A stretch of DNA of 64,000 bases from Eledone cirrhosa (lineage: Eukaryota). The notes under the pieces were generated by a model. The model was not told the origin of the DNA. It saw nothing but the letters and a program-made list of their open reading frames with translations, and made no database searches. Below, piece after piece: positions 43,041 to 57,830 of the stretch. How positions within the stretch are numbered: the stretch's first letter is position 1; every line of letters begins with the position of its first letter. The position numbers and the translations under genes are program-made. The DNA is taken from the NCBI GenBank assembly GCA_964016885.1, contig OZ024740.1:207514001-207578000 (forward strand), written 5' to 3'.

Positions 43041-43676
43041 AGGTTTAGAAAATAGAGAAAAAGTTTTTAAATAAATTTTAAAAAGTTTACTGTACCTATT
43101 ATATTTACCCTTACCGCGTGGTTTCAAGTCTCAAAATAAATGGATAATCCATGCGGAAATCCATTGAGAAGAAGACTTTCGTCAGAGGGTTCTTCTCAGT
43201 CGGAGAATATAAAATTCCCGAGTTCAAATCACAGAGCTGTTCCCGGGTGAGAGTGTATGATGAAGAAACAATCTTGTCTAGTGCCGTGTGTAAAGATAGA
43301 AGGCAGGGGCGGAAAGGTCAATGTCCTGCCACTAGAAATAGCAGCAGTTAAAAAGACCAAAATGTTATCTCGACCAGGGGAGATTAATAATAATAAAGTA
43401 TGTTTTCCTACATGCAAAAAATGCATATAGGGACACATGTATTATCCAACCGTATGCTAATGTGGTTCTATGGCAGGTTAATAAATTAACGATCCAGAAC
43501 ATATATAATCAAGGTTTATATATATATATTATATATATATATAAATGAAGTACTTCCGTAGGAAAGGTAAAGGAAAAGAGAGTGCCCTAAATATTTTTTC
43601 TGCTGAATGCAGGCAGACTCTCTTCAAGAAACCATTGGTAAATGAAATAATAATCTTATGTTATTTATTACATAAC

Positions 43677-43764
<88 letters not shown>

Positions 43765-43767
<3 letters not shown>

Positions 43768-43900
43768 ATAATAATAAATTTGAAGACTAAAATCCAAAGA
43801 GGGCTCGATAAGGATAAATCGGTAAGAGTTTCAGAAGATCCCGTTAAGGGTGAAAGCAGCGATTCTTTGCTTAAACTTTAATCTGTTATTTTAATAAATA
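43765..43900. mobile_element. Family-E tail-out element
   Basis: Minus-strand 3' end joined to a plus-strand HHR (CAGAAGA at 43832, GAAA at 43852). Confidence 0.7.
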
Positions 43901-44209
43901 TATATATATATTAGTATTTGTGTGTGAGTGTGTGCGTGTGTGTTTGTGTATTCTTCCACGTATTTATTCTTTTACTTGTTTCATACAAAAAAACCCACTA
44001 GGGCTTAAAGGAAGGACTATCTGAAGGGGACGACCAGCATACTAAATACAGCAGCAGTAGGGTCTCACATGTAATGTATGGGATGTTGAAAAACTATACC
44101 TTTGATATTCTGAGATATCGTATTATTCGTTGTTTGTTGGTTTTAGATTATATATATATAGCGGCGGAGACTTTGGACACTAATTACATCTTACGACAGA
44201 TAGAGTACA

Positions 44210-44820
44210 TATAGTCACATAGATACATAGACACACAGATACATAGACATAGACACACAGATACATAGACATAGACACACACATACATAGACATAGACAT
44301 AGACACACAGATACATAGACATAGACACACACATACATAGACATAGACATAGACACACACATACATAGACATAGACACACAGATACATAGACATAGACAC
44401 ACAGATACAGACACACAGATACAGACACACACACACATACATACACACACAGATACAGATACACATACATAGATACAGACATAGACACATAGACACACAG
44501 ATACAGACACACAAATACAGACACACACACACATACATAAACACACAGATACAGATACACATACATAGATACAGACATAGACACATAGACACACAGATAC
44601 AGATACACAGACATACATACACAGACATACATACACACACACACAGATACAGATACACAGACATAGATACATAGACAAACAGATACAGATACTGATACAG
44701 ACACACACACACACACATACACACACAGATACAGATACACAGACATACATACACACACAGATACAGATACACAGACATACATACACACACAGATACAGAT
44801 ACAGATACATAGATACACAG

Positions 44821-44855
<35 letters not shown>

Positions 44856-46420
44856 TACAGATACAGATACAGATACACAGACATACATACACACACAGAT
44901 ACAGATACAGATACATAGATACACAGACATACACACACACACACACACACAGATACAGATACAGATACAGACACACAGACATACATACACACACAGATAC
45001 AGATACACATACAGATACACAGACATACATACACACACAGATACAGATACAGATACAGATACAGATACAGATACACAGACATACATACACACACACACAC
45101 ACAGATACAGATACAGATACACAGACATACATACACACACAGATACACAGACATACATACACACACAGATACAGATACACATACAGATACACAGACATAC
45201 ATACACACACAGATACAGATACACATACAGATACACAGACATACATACACACACAGATACAGATACAGATACAGATACACAGACATACATACACACACAG
45301 ATACAGATACACATACAGATACACAGACATACATACACACACACACACACACACAGATACAGATACAGATACACAGACATACATACACATACAGATACAC
45401 AGACATACATACACACACAGATACACAGACATACATACACACACAGATACAGATACAGATACAGATACACAGACATACATACACACACACACACACAGAT
45501 ACAGATACAGATACACAGACATACATACACATACAGATACACAGACATACATACACACACAGATACACAGACATACATACACACACAGATACAGATACAC
45601 AGATACATAGATACAGATACAGATACAGATACAGACACGCACACACACACACATACACACATACACACAGACACACAGATACAGACACACAGATACAAAC
45701 ACACAGATACAGACACACACACACAGAGATACATACACACACACACACACACATACACACACACAGACACACAGACAGACACAGACACACAGATACAGAC
45801 ACACAGATACAAACACACAGATACAGATACACACACACACAGATACATACACAGACACAGACACACACACACATACACACACACAGACACACAGACACAC
45901 ACAGACACACAGATACAGACACACAGACACACACAGACACACAGATACAGACACACAGATACAAACACACAGATACAGATACACACACACACAGATACAT
46001 ACACAGACACAGATACACACACACACATACACACACACATACACACACACAGACACACAGACAGACACAGACACACAGATACAGACACACAGATACAAAC
46101 ACACAGATACAGATACACACACACACAGATACATACACAGACACAGACACACACACACATACACACACACAGACACACAGACATACACAGACACACATAT
46201 ACAGACACAGACATACATACACACAGGTACAGACATACACACAAACACACAGGTACAGACACATACAGACACAGACACAGACACACAGACACACATACAC
46301 ACACAGAGATACAGACACAGACACACAGACACACAGACACACATACACACACAGAGATACAGACACAGACACAGACACACAGACAGATACAGACGCATAC
46401 ATACACACACAGACACACAT
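44210..46420. repeat. 2.2-kb compound (CA)/(GATACA)/(GACATA) microsatellite mosaic
   Basis: Visible; accounts for the three stop-free minus-strand pseudo-ORFs. Confidence 0.95.
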
Positions 46421-46520
46421 CTAAACTATAATAAAGTAAGGAGTGCGGGACTGCGTACGGTACGGTTTATTTCTTTTAATCCAGTTAGTAAAATAAGTTG
46501 GATTACTTTGAATAAATAAT

Positions 46521-46707
46521 TGTTTCTACTTTTGGCACAAGTCCAGCAATTACCCAGTGTATTACTGGTACTCTATTCTATCGACCCCGTAAAGATGAAA
46601 GGCAAAGTTAACCTCGGCGCGATTTGAACTCAGAATGGCAAGGGCCGTAACTCTATGCATCAAAGCATTGTATCCGACCCTCTACCGATACTGCCAATCC
46701 ACCGCCC
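46521..46707 (-). mobile_element. Full-length family-2 SINE with TSD
   Basis: 15-bp repeat CTTTGAATAAATAAT at 46506-46520 and 46708-46722. Confidence 0.85.
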
Positions 46708-47089
46708 CTTTGAATAAATAATGAATGAATATTACATAATTTATCTACTAAATTTCGTAGCTGTTGATTAAATATATTTTATAGCTTATTTAAAGATTCA
46801 CTTCTTTACAATTTTCAAATGTCAATACTTTCGGTTAACGATCGCTTAAATAAACATTCATATATTTCCGCAACAAATTTTCTCCTAATGCAGTTTATAT
46901 ATAATATCGTCTTTTTTTTAATGTATCATGGATTACGCTACTGATTACATAAGACAGTGTAACTCTGTCTTCGTTCAATTTCTGTGTATATTGTCAATTA
47001 CGATTTTATTTGATGTATCATATCTACATGCATATATACTTGCGTATAATATCAATATACACACTACACATGCTAGCAGAAAACCACTC

Positions 47090-47250
47090 GAATCGACCCA
47101 GTGCGTGACTGGCACTTTATTTTATCGACACCGTAAGGATGAAAGGCAAACCTAACCTCGGCGGGATTTGAATTCGAAACGTAAAGGGACATAATTCTAT
47201 GCTACGAAGCATGGTACCCGACGCTTTACCGATACTGCCAATCCATCGCC
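47090..47250 (-). mobile_element. Family-2 SINE, diverged
   Basis: Core and tRNA head recognisable. Confidence 0.7.
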
Positions 47251-47316
47251 TTGTCCTTACTTAATAAGAAGCTTTGTCAACTGTAATTAAAACACATATA
47301 TAGGCCTATGTATATA

Positions 47317-48752
47317 GGCCTTTGACACCGTCAATCGAACTACGCTGAGGAAAATTTTGGAAAAGCATGGCTGCTCTCCAAAGTTTGTGAAGATTCTGCG
47401 TCTTTTTCATGATGATATGAAGGCTTGGGTCAGTATTGCTGGCAACATTTCTGAACCAATATCAGTTGAAAATGGAATGAAGCAGGGGGCATTCCGGCTC
47501 CAACTCTGTTTTCCTTATATTTTACAATAGTGTTTCTCATGGCATTCAGGAAAAATTGTTGCATGGACTTTACATCAGGTATCGCACTACAGGAAGGTTG
47601 TTCAACACCAGGCGCTTTGGTGCAAACACGAAGGTTTTAACATCTATAATCCGAGAGTTTTTGTATGCAGATGACTGCGATCGTTTTCCACACTCTTTTT
47701 CTGAAGCTTGCAGCGCATTGGGCTTCACTATAAGCTTGGAAAATACTGTTGTGATGTACCAGCCGACACCTGGGAAAGAATACACTGCACCAAGTGTGTA
47801 CGTGTACGGAAAGAGGCTAAAGGTTGCTGACAAGTTTGTTTACGTTGAACAATTCATGCATACTTGATGATGAGATATCCTTAAGAATCAAAAAGGCCAG
47901 TGATGCTTTTGGACGGTTGAATGAACGTTTATGGTGCATACGACGTATCACTATCGGAACCAAGGTGCAAGTGTATCTGACTTCTGTCGTCTCCTCTTTG
48001 CTTTATGCTTGTGAAACGTGGGTCACATGCAAAAAGTACCTCCAGGAACTGGAGAGGTTTCACCAACAACCTCTTCGTAAGATACTTGGGGTGCGGTCGA
48101 AAATGTTCGTCAGTGATTTGGAAGTTCTTGAACGGAGTAGGTGCATGAGTATAGAGAGCCTGATCTTTCGGCATCGGCTGAGGTGGTGAGGATGTCTGAT
48201 GATCGTATTCCAAAGCAACTTCTCTATGGAGAACTGTGTGAAGGAAGGCGATCACCACAATACCAAAAATGCGGTACCGGGACTGTGTCAGGGGCACCTT
48301 GGCTTGTGCTGGAATTTCATCTGACGAATGGGAATAAATGACTCAGCAGCTGATGAAGTGGAGACGTTTTATCAAGTCAGGAAGTGAATACTTTGAAACT
48401 CGTCGAAGAGAACACCTAACACTGAAAAGGAAGGTGAGGAAAAGGGACTATTCTGAACTACCTGCTTTTGAGCAACATCTGGTTTGCCAGCTCTGTGGTC
48501 GAGTCTGCTTGAGCAAAGCTGGTTTGATTAGACATGAACAAAGTCACATCAGTAGACTTCATGTAGATTGTGATCTGAAAAGGTGTAAGGAATGTGCAAG
48601 CATGAGAGGTCTTAAAAGAACACACAGTCAGAACCAAGCAATGGAAAGTCCCAGAAGATCCTACAGTTGCAATGTATGTGCCAGAGGGTGCATGCATTTT
48701 TTAGCATTTTATCGGGCGATGTCAATGCTCGACCACGAGATTGCAGCCATCA
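47317..48752 (+). pseudogene. 5'-truncated RTE/BovB-type LINE
   Basis: AFDTVNR, GMKQG, RYRTTGRLFN, FLYADDC, LLYACETW, RIPKQLLYGEL, C2H2 finger CQLCGRVCLSKAGLIRH; frameshifted. Confidence 0.9.
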
Positions 48753-48820
48753 CGAACGTACGTACGTACGCACGTATGTATGCATGTATCTTTTTATGTA
48801 TGTATATATGTATGTATATA

Positions 48821-49420
48821 TGTCAGGTCACCAGTTGGTGCTACTGCTAACATGTATCCCAGTACAACCTGTCTCATGGTCAGGTCGTTGGCGACTAAAC
48901 TGGCAACCCCACTAAGGTTTCTTGGTGAGGCGGATGACTTTGGGAATCCTGCAGGACTAAAAGCAAAACCTGTCAAAGGCCATTAAGAGTCAATGGCCAT
49001 CCAAAATCACCGGGAGAGATGACCTCTTAGCCTTTGTCAAGGCAGAATTCTAGGAGAAGGAAAACTCTGATATAACACCTGCAACCCTGATGGTATCCAA
49101 TGATGTTGACTTGTTCTTCTTTTTGGTAAATATCATCTTGGTTAAGAGAGTGGGACTGGCTTTGTGCAGTGCCTTTGCTCACTATAAAAACTTCACGGCA
49201 CAGGCATTGCTTTATATCTGGAGATCTCTCTGCACTTGTCGTCACATGGTATCATGGGCCCAGCACTATGTGTCAATAATTGTCACAAGTGTAGTGTTTG
49301 TACCAGAGGTTTCAAGTCGCTGGTTGGACTAAAAAGTCACACTCGTTCAGCGCATCGGTAGGGGTTCTCCTACATGGATATAAAGTAGTACCGTACTCGA
49401 AAACGAGTTGGCAGCCACCA
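48821..49420 (+). mobile_element. About 600-bp RTE-derived non-autonomous element
   Basis: Copies at 50971-51570 (-) and 60751-61389 (+); relic C2H2 finger; 3' tail GCAGCCACCA followed by microsatellite. Confidence 0.8.
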
Positions 49421-49486
49421 TGTATGTAAGTATGTATGTCTGCGTGTTTGTCTGCCTGTCTGTCTGTATATAGGTATTCATGTATA

Positions 49487-50382
49487 CGAGGTGTATCAGA
49501 AAAGTTCCAGGACTGATGTCACAAAAGATTTATTTGAAACCCAAAGTTCACACTAAGAGTTTTCTCCTTCAAAGTAATCACCCTGGAATATGTAACTGTA
49601 ATCTTAGCTCTCTGCAGCGGTCAAACTTTTTTATTCATAATTGTATATACATGTCCTCTGTTTCAGGTCGTCAAGCAACGAGCACATAGCAACGAACAAA
49701 CTTGAAAACTCCGTCAGAAGCACTGGGATTGCTGCAGCAAGTGTATGGAGATGAGACGATGTCACGCTCACGTGTTTTTGAGTCGTGCAAGAGGTTTAAA
49801 GAAGGACGCGAGGACGTGGAAGATGACCCCAGGAACGGAAGGCCCTCAACAACCAGGACTGAGGTCAACGTTGAGCGCGTCAGGAAGATGGTGCGTAGCG
49901 ATCGTCGGCTGACTGTTCGACTGATGGCAAATAAGCTGGGCATGAATCAGGACAGCCTCTGGAAGATTCTCACTGAAGATTTGGACATGTGGAAAGTCTG
50001 CCCGAAGATGGTGCCAAAACTGCTGAACGATTACCAGAAGGGTCGACGCATGCAAGTGTGCCAGGACCCCCTCGAGCGTCTTGAAACCGAACCAGACTTG
50101 CTAGGGACAGTCATCATCGGTGATGAGTCATGGATCTTCGAGTACAACCCGGAGGGGACCCGTTTTGAAGACGTGGACGACATCAAAATGTACGTGACGA
50201 CGGAACTGCGGAGAATCCCGGAAGAATCCTTCCAGGAGTGCATGCAAGCGTGGCAGAAAAGGATGGAAAAGTGTATTAGACTCCAGGGGGATTACTTTCA
50301 AGGAGAAAACTCTTAGTGTGAAGTTTGGGTTTGAAATAAATCTTTTGTGACATCAGTCCTGGAACTTTTCTGACCCACCTCG
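49487..50382 (+). mobile_element. Internally deleted mariner, second copy
   Basis: Same inverted repeats and same deletion (GDESWIFEYNPE|GTRFEDV); ORF 49702-50316. Confidence 0.9.
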
Positions 50383-50970
50383 TATATGCATCTATGTATA
50401 TATGTGTATGTATGTGTGTATGTGTGTATGTGTGTGTGTGTGTATGTATTTATGTATGTATGTTTGTATGTATGTATGTATGTATGTATGTATGTATGTA
50501 TGTATGTATGTATGTATGTATGTATGTGTGCGTATTTGTCTGTCTGTATCTATGTATGTATTCATGTATGTATGTATGCATCTATGTATATATGTGTATG
50601 TATGTGTATTCTTGATAACTGGTCGTTATATGCTAAACTTAATACATATCCAACATATGCAATCTCAATGCAGAATCTAAATTATCTATATAGACTTTAA
50701 TTATCTCCCTTTGTAAAACTTTAAAAGTTTCACTTTAACCGCCAACTCGTTAAAGATAGAAACGAACCGAGTGTTACTCTTTGACCTTTATATTAAACTT
50801 TGGTTATAATTTCAGACATTTTCAATATACAGCATTAAAGATGGTCTTTGATGATATTCCATTCTCCATGTAATAGATAACAGACATCTGAATAATGGAA
50901 GCTTGAGTACCAGTCATATGCATTCATTCATTCATTCATACATTCATACATACATACATACATACATACA

Positions 50971-51570
50971 TGGTGGCTGCCAACTCGTTTTCGAGTACGG
51001 CCACTACTTTATATCCATGTAGGAGAACCCCTACCGATGCGCTGAACGAGTGTGACTTTTTAGTCCAGCCAGCGACTTGAACACTCTGGTACAAACACTA
51101 CACTTGTGACAATTATTGACACATAGTGCTGGGCACATGGTACGATGTGACGACAAGTGCAGAGAGATCTCCAGATATAAAGCAATGCCTGTGTCGTGAA
51201 GCTTTTATAGTGAGCAAAGGCACTGCACAAAGCCAGTCCCACTCTCTTAACCAAGATGATATTTACCAAAAGGAAGAACAAGTCAACATCATTGGATACC
51301 ATGAGGGTTGCAGGTGTTATATCAGAGTTTTCCTTCTCCTAGAATTCGGTCTTGACAAAGGCTAAGGGGTCATCTCTCCCGGTGATTTTGGATGGACATT
51401 GACTCTTAAGAGCTCCTTTGCCCTTTGACAGGTTTTGTTTTTAGTCCTGCAGGATGTCCAAAGTGACCCTCCTCACCAAGAAACCTTGGTGGGGTTGACA
51501 GTTTAGTCGCCAACGACCCGACCATGAGACAGGTTGTACTGGGATACATGTTACCAACTGGTGACCTGAC
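50971..51570 (-). mobile_element. RTE-derived short element, inverted copy
   Basis: Reverse complement of 48821-49420. Confidence 0.85.
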
Positions 51571-51591
51571 ATACATACATACATACATACA

Positions 51592-52085
51592 TGATGGCTG
51601 CAAACTCTGCTAAGAATACTGCAATCGCTTGTCAGATTATAGAGTTTGGTATACTTTTAGGCTACCGCCAGTCACACAAACCTGTAACAGATCCTGAACA
51701 AGCAATGCCTGTGCTTTGAAGGTTTTTTAAGTGGGGAAAGGCCTTGCACTCGACCAATCCCACTCTCTGAACATCGAAAATACTACTCGAAAAGGAGAAC
51801 TGGTCAACATCATCGGATGCTTCCGAAGCCGTTTCCCCCTACTAGAAAGGTGTTATGACTGGAAGCCTTTCATTCCCAAGTAAAAAAAAATGTACTATTT
51901 GGATGGCCGTTGACTCTGTTGAGTTCCTCCGCCGTTTGTCAGGTCTTGTATTTTATCCCGCAGGGTGTCCAAACATCACTCTCCTCACCAAGCAAGCTTG
52001 GTGGGGTTGCCGGTTTAATCGCCGACGACCCGACCATGAGACAGGTTGTACTGGGTTACATGTTACCAGTAGCAGTGACCTGACA
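51592..52085 (-). mobile_element. Diverged relative of the RTE-derived short element
   Basis: Same 5' end TGTCAGGTCAC...CCAGTACAACCTGTCTCATGGTCGGGTCG; 3' GCAGCCATCA. Confidence 0.75.
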
Positions 52086-52358
52086 TAACATATATACATA
52101 CATACATATATAAGGACATTGGCGGACTGGGTCTAAACATATTGGTTGCCTGGAGGAGACAAAGGGGCCCTCCTAGAACTACAATACTATCATTTAATTT
52201 TTATATCGAATAAATAAAAAAAATAATAATTGTAAAGTAAAAATACGGATTATAGAATATATCAAGAATTTCTTACCTTCTCCAATAAAAAAGATCTTGT
52301 GAAACATACAAATCCACAAAATAGCAGTAATGAGCTTCGGTCTTTCTTTCTCTTTCTC

Positions 52359-53111
<753 letters not shown>

Positions 53112-53173
53112 TCGGTTTCAACGCACGTTTTCAGATAAGGAATCTTGCTAAACAAATTCAGAAACGAAATATA

Positions 53174-53227
<54 letters not shown>

Positions 53228-53232
<5 letters not shown>

Positions 53233-54543
53233 TCTTGGTCCAAGTCTCAGACCCGTACAGCAGCACAGACTCCACTACAGCAATGAAGAGGCGGATTTTC
53301 AGGTCTTTACGAAGTTCCGACTTCCACACTGACCTCAAGCTGTGGCATGCCGCCCAGGATTGCTCCTCCTCTCAACCACATCATCTTCCGTATTCCCAAT
53401 CTTTGCTCCCAAATGCAGGAAGTCCTCAACCAATTGTAACGGCTTCCCACCTACATTAGTGATCCCCTCTGGCTTCTCAACATTCTCTACCAGATATTTT
53501 GTTTTAGTCTCATTCATTCTCAGCCCCACACTCATCGTTACAGTCTCAACCTCCTGCATCAAATCCTCTGCCTCCTTCACTGTATTTGTCACCAAAACAA
53601 TGTCGTCGGCAAATTCAGCATCCGATATCTTTTTCGCCTTAACTTTCCTGCTCTGAGCCGGTGCTACAATAAAGCCAGAGTCTTGTTGTTTCTTCAGTGC
53701 AAGGCGCATACAATAGTCCACTACGATGATAAAAAGGTAGGGAGCCAATGTATCTCCCTGGAACACTGCAGCCAGTATCTCAAAGAACTCGGTCATCCCA
53801 TCAGGTGTAATGACTTGGGTTTTGGTGTTGGTGTAGAGCAGTGATATCAGGTCCACTATCTTCTTGGGGATTCCATAAGCCTGTAAGATCTTCATCAGGC
53901 GGTGACGGTTCACAGAATCAAAGGTCTTTCTAAAGTCAATGAAAACCATGACCAAAGGAAGGCACTTTGCTCTAGCTCTCTCTAATATCCTCCTCATCAC
54001 CAGGATGTGACTGGTGGTTGATCTTCCCTCCCTGAAGTCGTTCTGGTTGTCCCTGAGCTTCTTCTCCATCTCAGGCTGGATCCTGTTAAGAATCATCCTG
54101 TGAGGGTCTTTGCCACAAGTGAGGTCAGTGAGATCCCCCTGTAGTTGTTGCTGTTAGAGAGATCTCCCTTCTTTGGCACTGGGATGGTGGATGGGTGCTA
54201 CACGAGAATGCTGAGGATGGCTCTGAACATTAATCAGTATACACTGAGGATGAAAAACTCAGAGCTGTATGGGAGCCTCCCAAAAGTCAGCTCAAAAGTG
54301 GCACAGAGGAGACAGAAGTTAGCTGGACATGCTCACCGACATCCAGAGTTGACATTGCACTCAGTGCCCCTGTGGGAGTCCCTACATGGACACACTGGAA
54401 GAGGAAGACCAAGGTTAACGTATGTTGATGCCCTAATGACAGACACTGGTCTGTTGGAGACGCAGGACATGGCAGCGATAATGAGGGACAGAGACCGCTG
54501 GAGAGAACTCGTCCATGGATCTCGGGAATTTTACTCGCCCTAG
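53228..54543. pseudogene. RTE-type LINE with 5' inversion
   Basis: Minus-strand RT 54185->53228 (VPKKGD, NYRGISL, FIDFRKTFDSV, QGDTLAP, FADD, LLYGSETWT); plus-strand continuation DGCYTRMLR...GRGRP at 54188-54543. Confidence 0.9.
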
Positions 54544-54710
54544 ATATATATATATAATAGAAATAGAATCGGCGCCGTATTTTTTGCCAAAGGAATTTAG
54601 CCTGATAGTGGGGTTTAGAGCTCTCTGAGAAATGGAAAACGATCAGTATTCCTTATACGGCAAAAGCTGCTAGTTCAATTTTCAAACTCGCTCGCTGTTT
54701 CAAAACTAAC

Positions 54711-54821
<111 letters not shown>

Positions 54822-54824
54822 ATA

Positions 54825-54937
54825 TATATATATATTAGGAAAATAAGAAAAAAAGTAGAACATTTTAATGGGATTTTTTTTATAGAATAACAGCGAAACA
54901 TTTTTTTAAATGTAATTTATCGTACCGGTTTCAGCCA

Positions 54938-55035
<98 letters not shown>

Positions 55036-55497
55036 AAATAAAAATCCGAAGGCAAGATAAATATCAAAATGAAAATCTGAAGGTAGCTGTTTTGGAGATA
55101 TACAAAAGCGTGGAGAACTTAATATTGGTAACATAAAATTATTGGACCTTTTTACACAACCATTAATGCACCTTACTATATAACAACTATATATATAGAT
55201 AGATAGATAGAGAGTGAGAGAGAGAGTGAGAGAAAGAGACAGAGAGAGAGATAAACGATAATGTGAACTTTTATATATATATATGTAAACTATGACCTCC
55301 AATACCCTCTTCTAATTAATATACACCTTAATTTTATTATATACTTTTTATCATATTTCCTGAAGCATGACAAAGCCGAAACAACTATCGGCTGAAATCT
55401 GTACGATAAATTATTTCAACAGCAAATGTTTTGCTGTTACTCTATGAGAAAATCCTATTAGCATTTTCTACTTTTTTTTCTTATCTTCCTAATATAT
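54825..55497. repeat. Diverged inverted pair with a degenerate HHR 3' half
   Basis: 54825-54937 versus 55390-55497; GGCT-GAAA-CCGG-TA on the minus strand. Confidence 0.55.
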
Positions 55498-55538
55498 ATC
55501 AACTCATGTGTCACTTCTCAACATTCTAAATATATACA

Positions 55539-55628
<90 letters not shown>

Positions 55629-55647
55629 TATATATATATATATATAT

Positions 55648-57525
55648 ATATTCATTAGTTAAGCAAAACAAGACCAAACATTTCACAAGGAAGACATTAT
55701 TAAAAGATTGTCAACATATTTTAGTTTGATGTAAGGAATGTAGAGAATAATAATAATAATATTATTAATAATAATTGTTTCTACTTTTGGCACAAAGCCA
55801 GTAATTACCCAGTACATTACTGGTAATTTATTTTATCGACCCCGTAAGGATGAAAGGCAAAGTTAATCTCGGCGGGATTTGAACTCAGAATGGCAAGGGC
55901 CGTAACTCTATGCGTCAAAGCGTGGCGTCCGACGCCTCTACCGATACTGCCAATCCACCACCATTAATATTAATAATAATAATAATGTCCCTTTACAATT
56001 GTTTCGCTACTCCATATAATATTTCTGGATTAAATGATTATAGATAATTATTGATCTGGTTCAGTTGAAAATAATTAACTTAGGTAAAAATGGAGCAGCT
56101 CATCGGAACTTCAAAAGGAATATAAATTAAAATAAGGAAAGAATATTACATGAATGTAATGTTCCGTATATTGCTATTTCACTATGGTGTCCTGGGAATA
56201 TGTATTGTCTGCCATAGTCGAGCAGTATTCTTCTGTCGAGGCTGCATTGTGTGAGATCTGCCTATAGGTAACAAGATGGCCGCCAATGGACATATTTACC
56301 TTACTAATTAGAGGCTGGTTTCAGGAGAAGTAACTCCTCGAGAAATTAGAAAATGTGGGTAGTTTATAGTTAAGAAGCGCTAATTTTTTAATTTTTTAAT
56401 TGAGAGACAATGTAAGGGAGGTAACTTATAATTATCTAAGTTAGCTATTTTCCTGACACTCAACATAGTTTATAGGTGCGCAGTTAAAACTGCTTTGCCT
56501 GACACCCGATATAGTTTATAGGTGCACAGTTAAAACTGCTTCGCATACCAGCTCCTATATCGGCTCTACCTCTAACCCTTTTAAGGTACGCTATAACGCG
56601 CACTCTTTTTCCTTCCGAGACCCTAACAACAGATGATCGACATCTCTAGCTAGACTCATTTAAAACCTTAAATCAACCAACATTGAACACTCATTAACAT
56701 GGGATATCTTGGCTAGGGCCCAACCGTTCAATGGACGAAGAAGCTCTTGTGACCTCTGTGTTACCGAAGCATATTACATAACTCTATCACTACCTCTACC
56801 GATTAACGATAGAACGGAGGTAACTGTTAGCTGTCAACATCGAAGGGCTAATTCCTTCGCCAACAGAATATTTGACCCAACATAGTCATCTAGCCCCATT
56901 TTTACTTGTAGCTAATAAGTTAAATAGTTATAGCTAACTTAGATAATTATAAGTTACCTCCCTTACATTGTCTCTCAATTAAAACATTAAAAAATTAGCA
57001 CTTCTCAACTATAAACTACTCACAATTTCTAATTTCTTGAGGAGTTACTTCCCTTGAAATCAGCCTCTAATTAGTAAGGTAAATATGTCCATTGGCGGCC
57101 ATCTTGTTACCCACAGGCAGATCTCACACAATGCAGCCTCGACAGAAGAATACTGCTCGACTATGGCAGACAATACATATACCCAGGACACCATAGTGAA
57201 ATACCAATATATGGAACATTACATTCATGTAACATTCTTTCCTTATTTTAATTCATATTCCTTTTGAAGTTCCGATGAGCTGCTCTATTTTTACCTAAGT
57301 TAATTATTTTCAACTGAACCAAATCAATAATGATCTATAATCATTTGATCCAGAAACATTATATGGAGTAGCGAAACAATTGTAAAGGGACATTATTATT
57401 ATTATTATTAATATTATTATTATTATTCTCTACATTCCTTACATCAAACTAAAATATGTTGACAATCCTTTAATAATGTCTTCCTTGTGAAATTTGTGGT
57501 CTTGTTTTGCTTAACTAATGAATAT
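55648..57525 (+). mobile_element. PLE 3' fragment (GIY-YIG) between long inverted pLTRs
   Basis: CLTPDIVYRCTV...YIGSTSNPFKVRYNAH...CDLCVTE...CQH at 56496-56884; inverted arms 55648-56448/56930-57525; SINE at 55776-55962 in the left arm only. Confidence 0.85.
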
Positions 57526-57679
57526 TTCCAGCTCTGTGCACCTAACCTCTGCATGAACACAGCCACCTAGCTGCCTTCCACTGCATATTGCACATTAAGC
57601 TTTGGCTTCTAACTAATTCACCAATCTCTCTTATCCTCTCCTATCTCCATCTCTCTCTTTAAGATTGGTTACTCTTGAA

Positions 57680-57757
<78 letters not shown>

Positions 57758-57779
57758 GTATATATATATATATATATAT

Positions 57780-57830
<51 letters not shown>

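Noticed and set aside
43115-43270. Type II HHR-like arrangement (GAAATCC...ATGATGA)
   Set aside because: Several core mismatches and only one copy in the window.
44180-46420. Three Cys/Val-rich ORFs of about 740 aa
   Set aside because: All three frames are open over a microsatellite mosaic, so this is an artefact.
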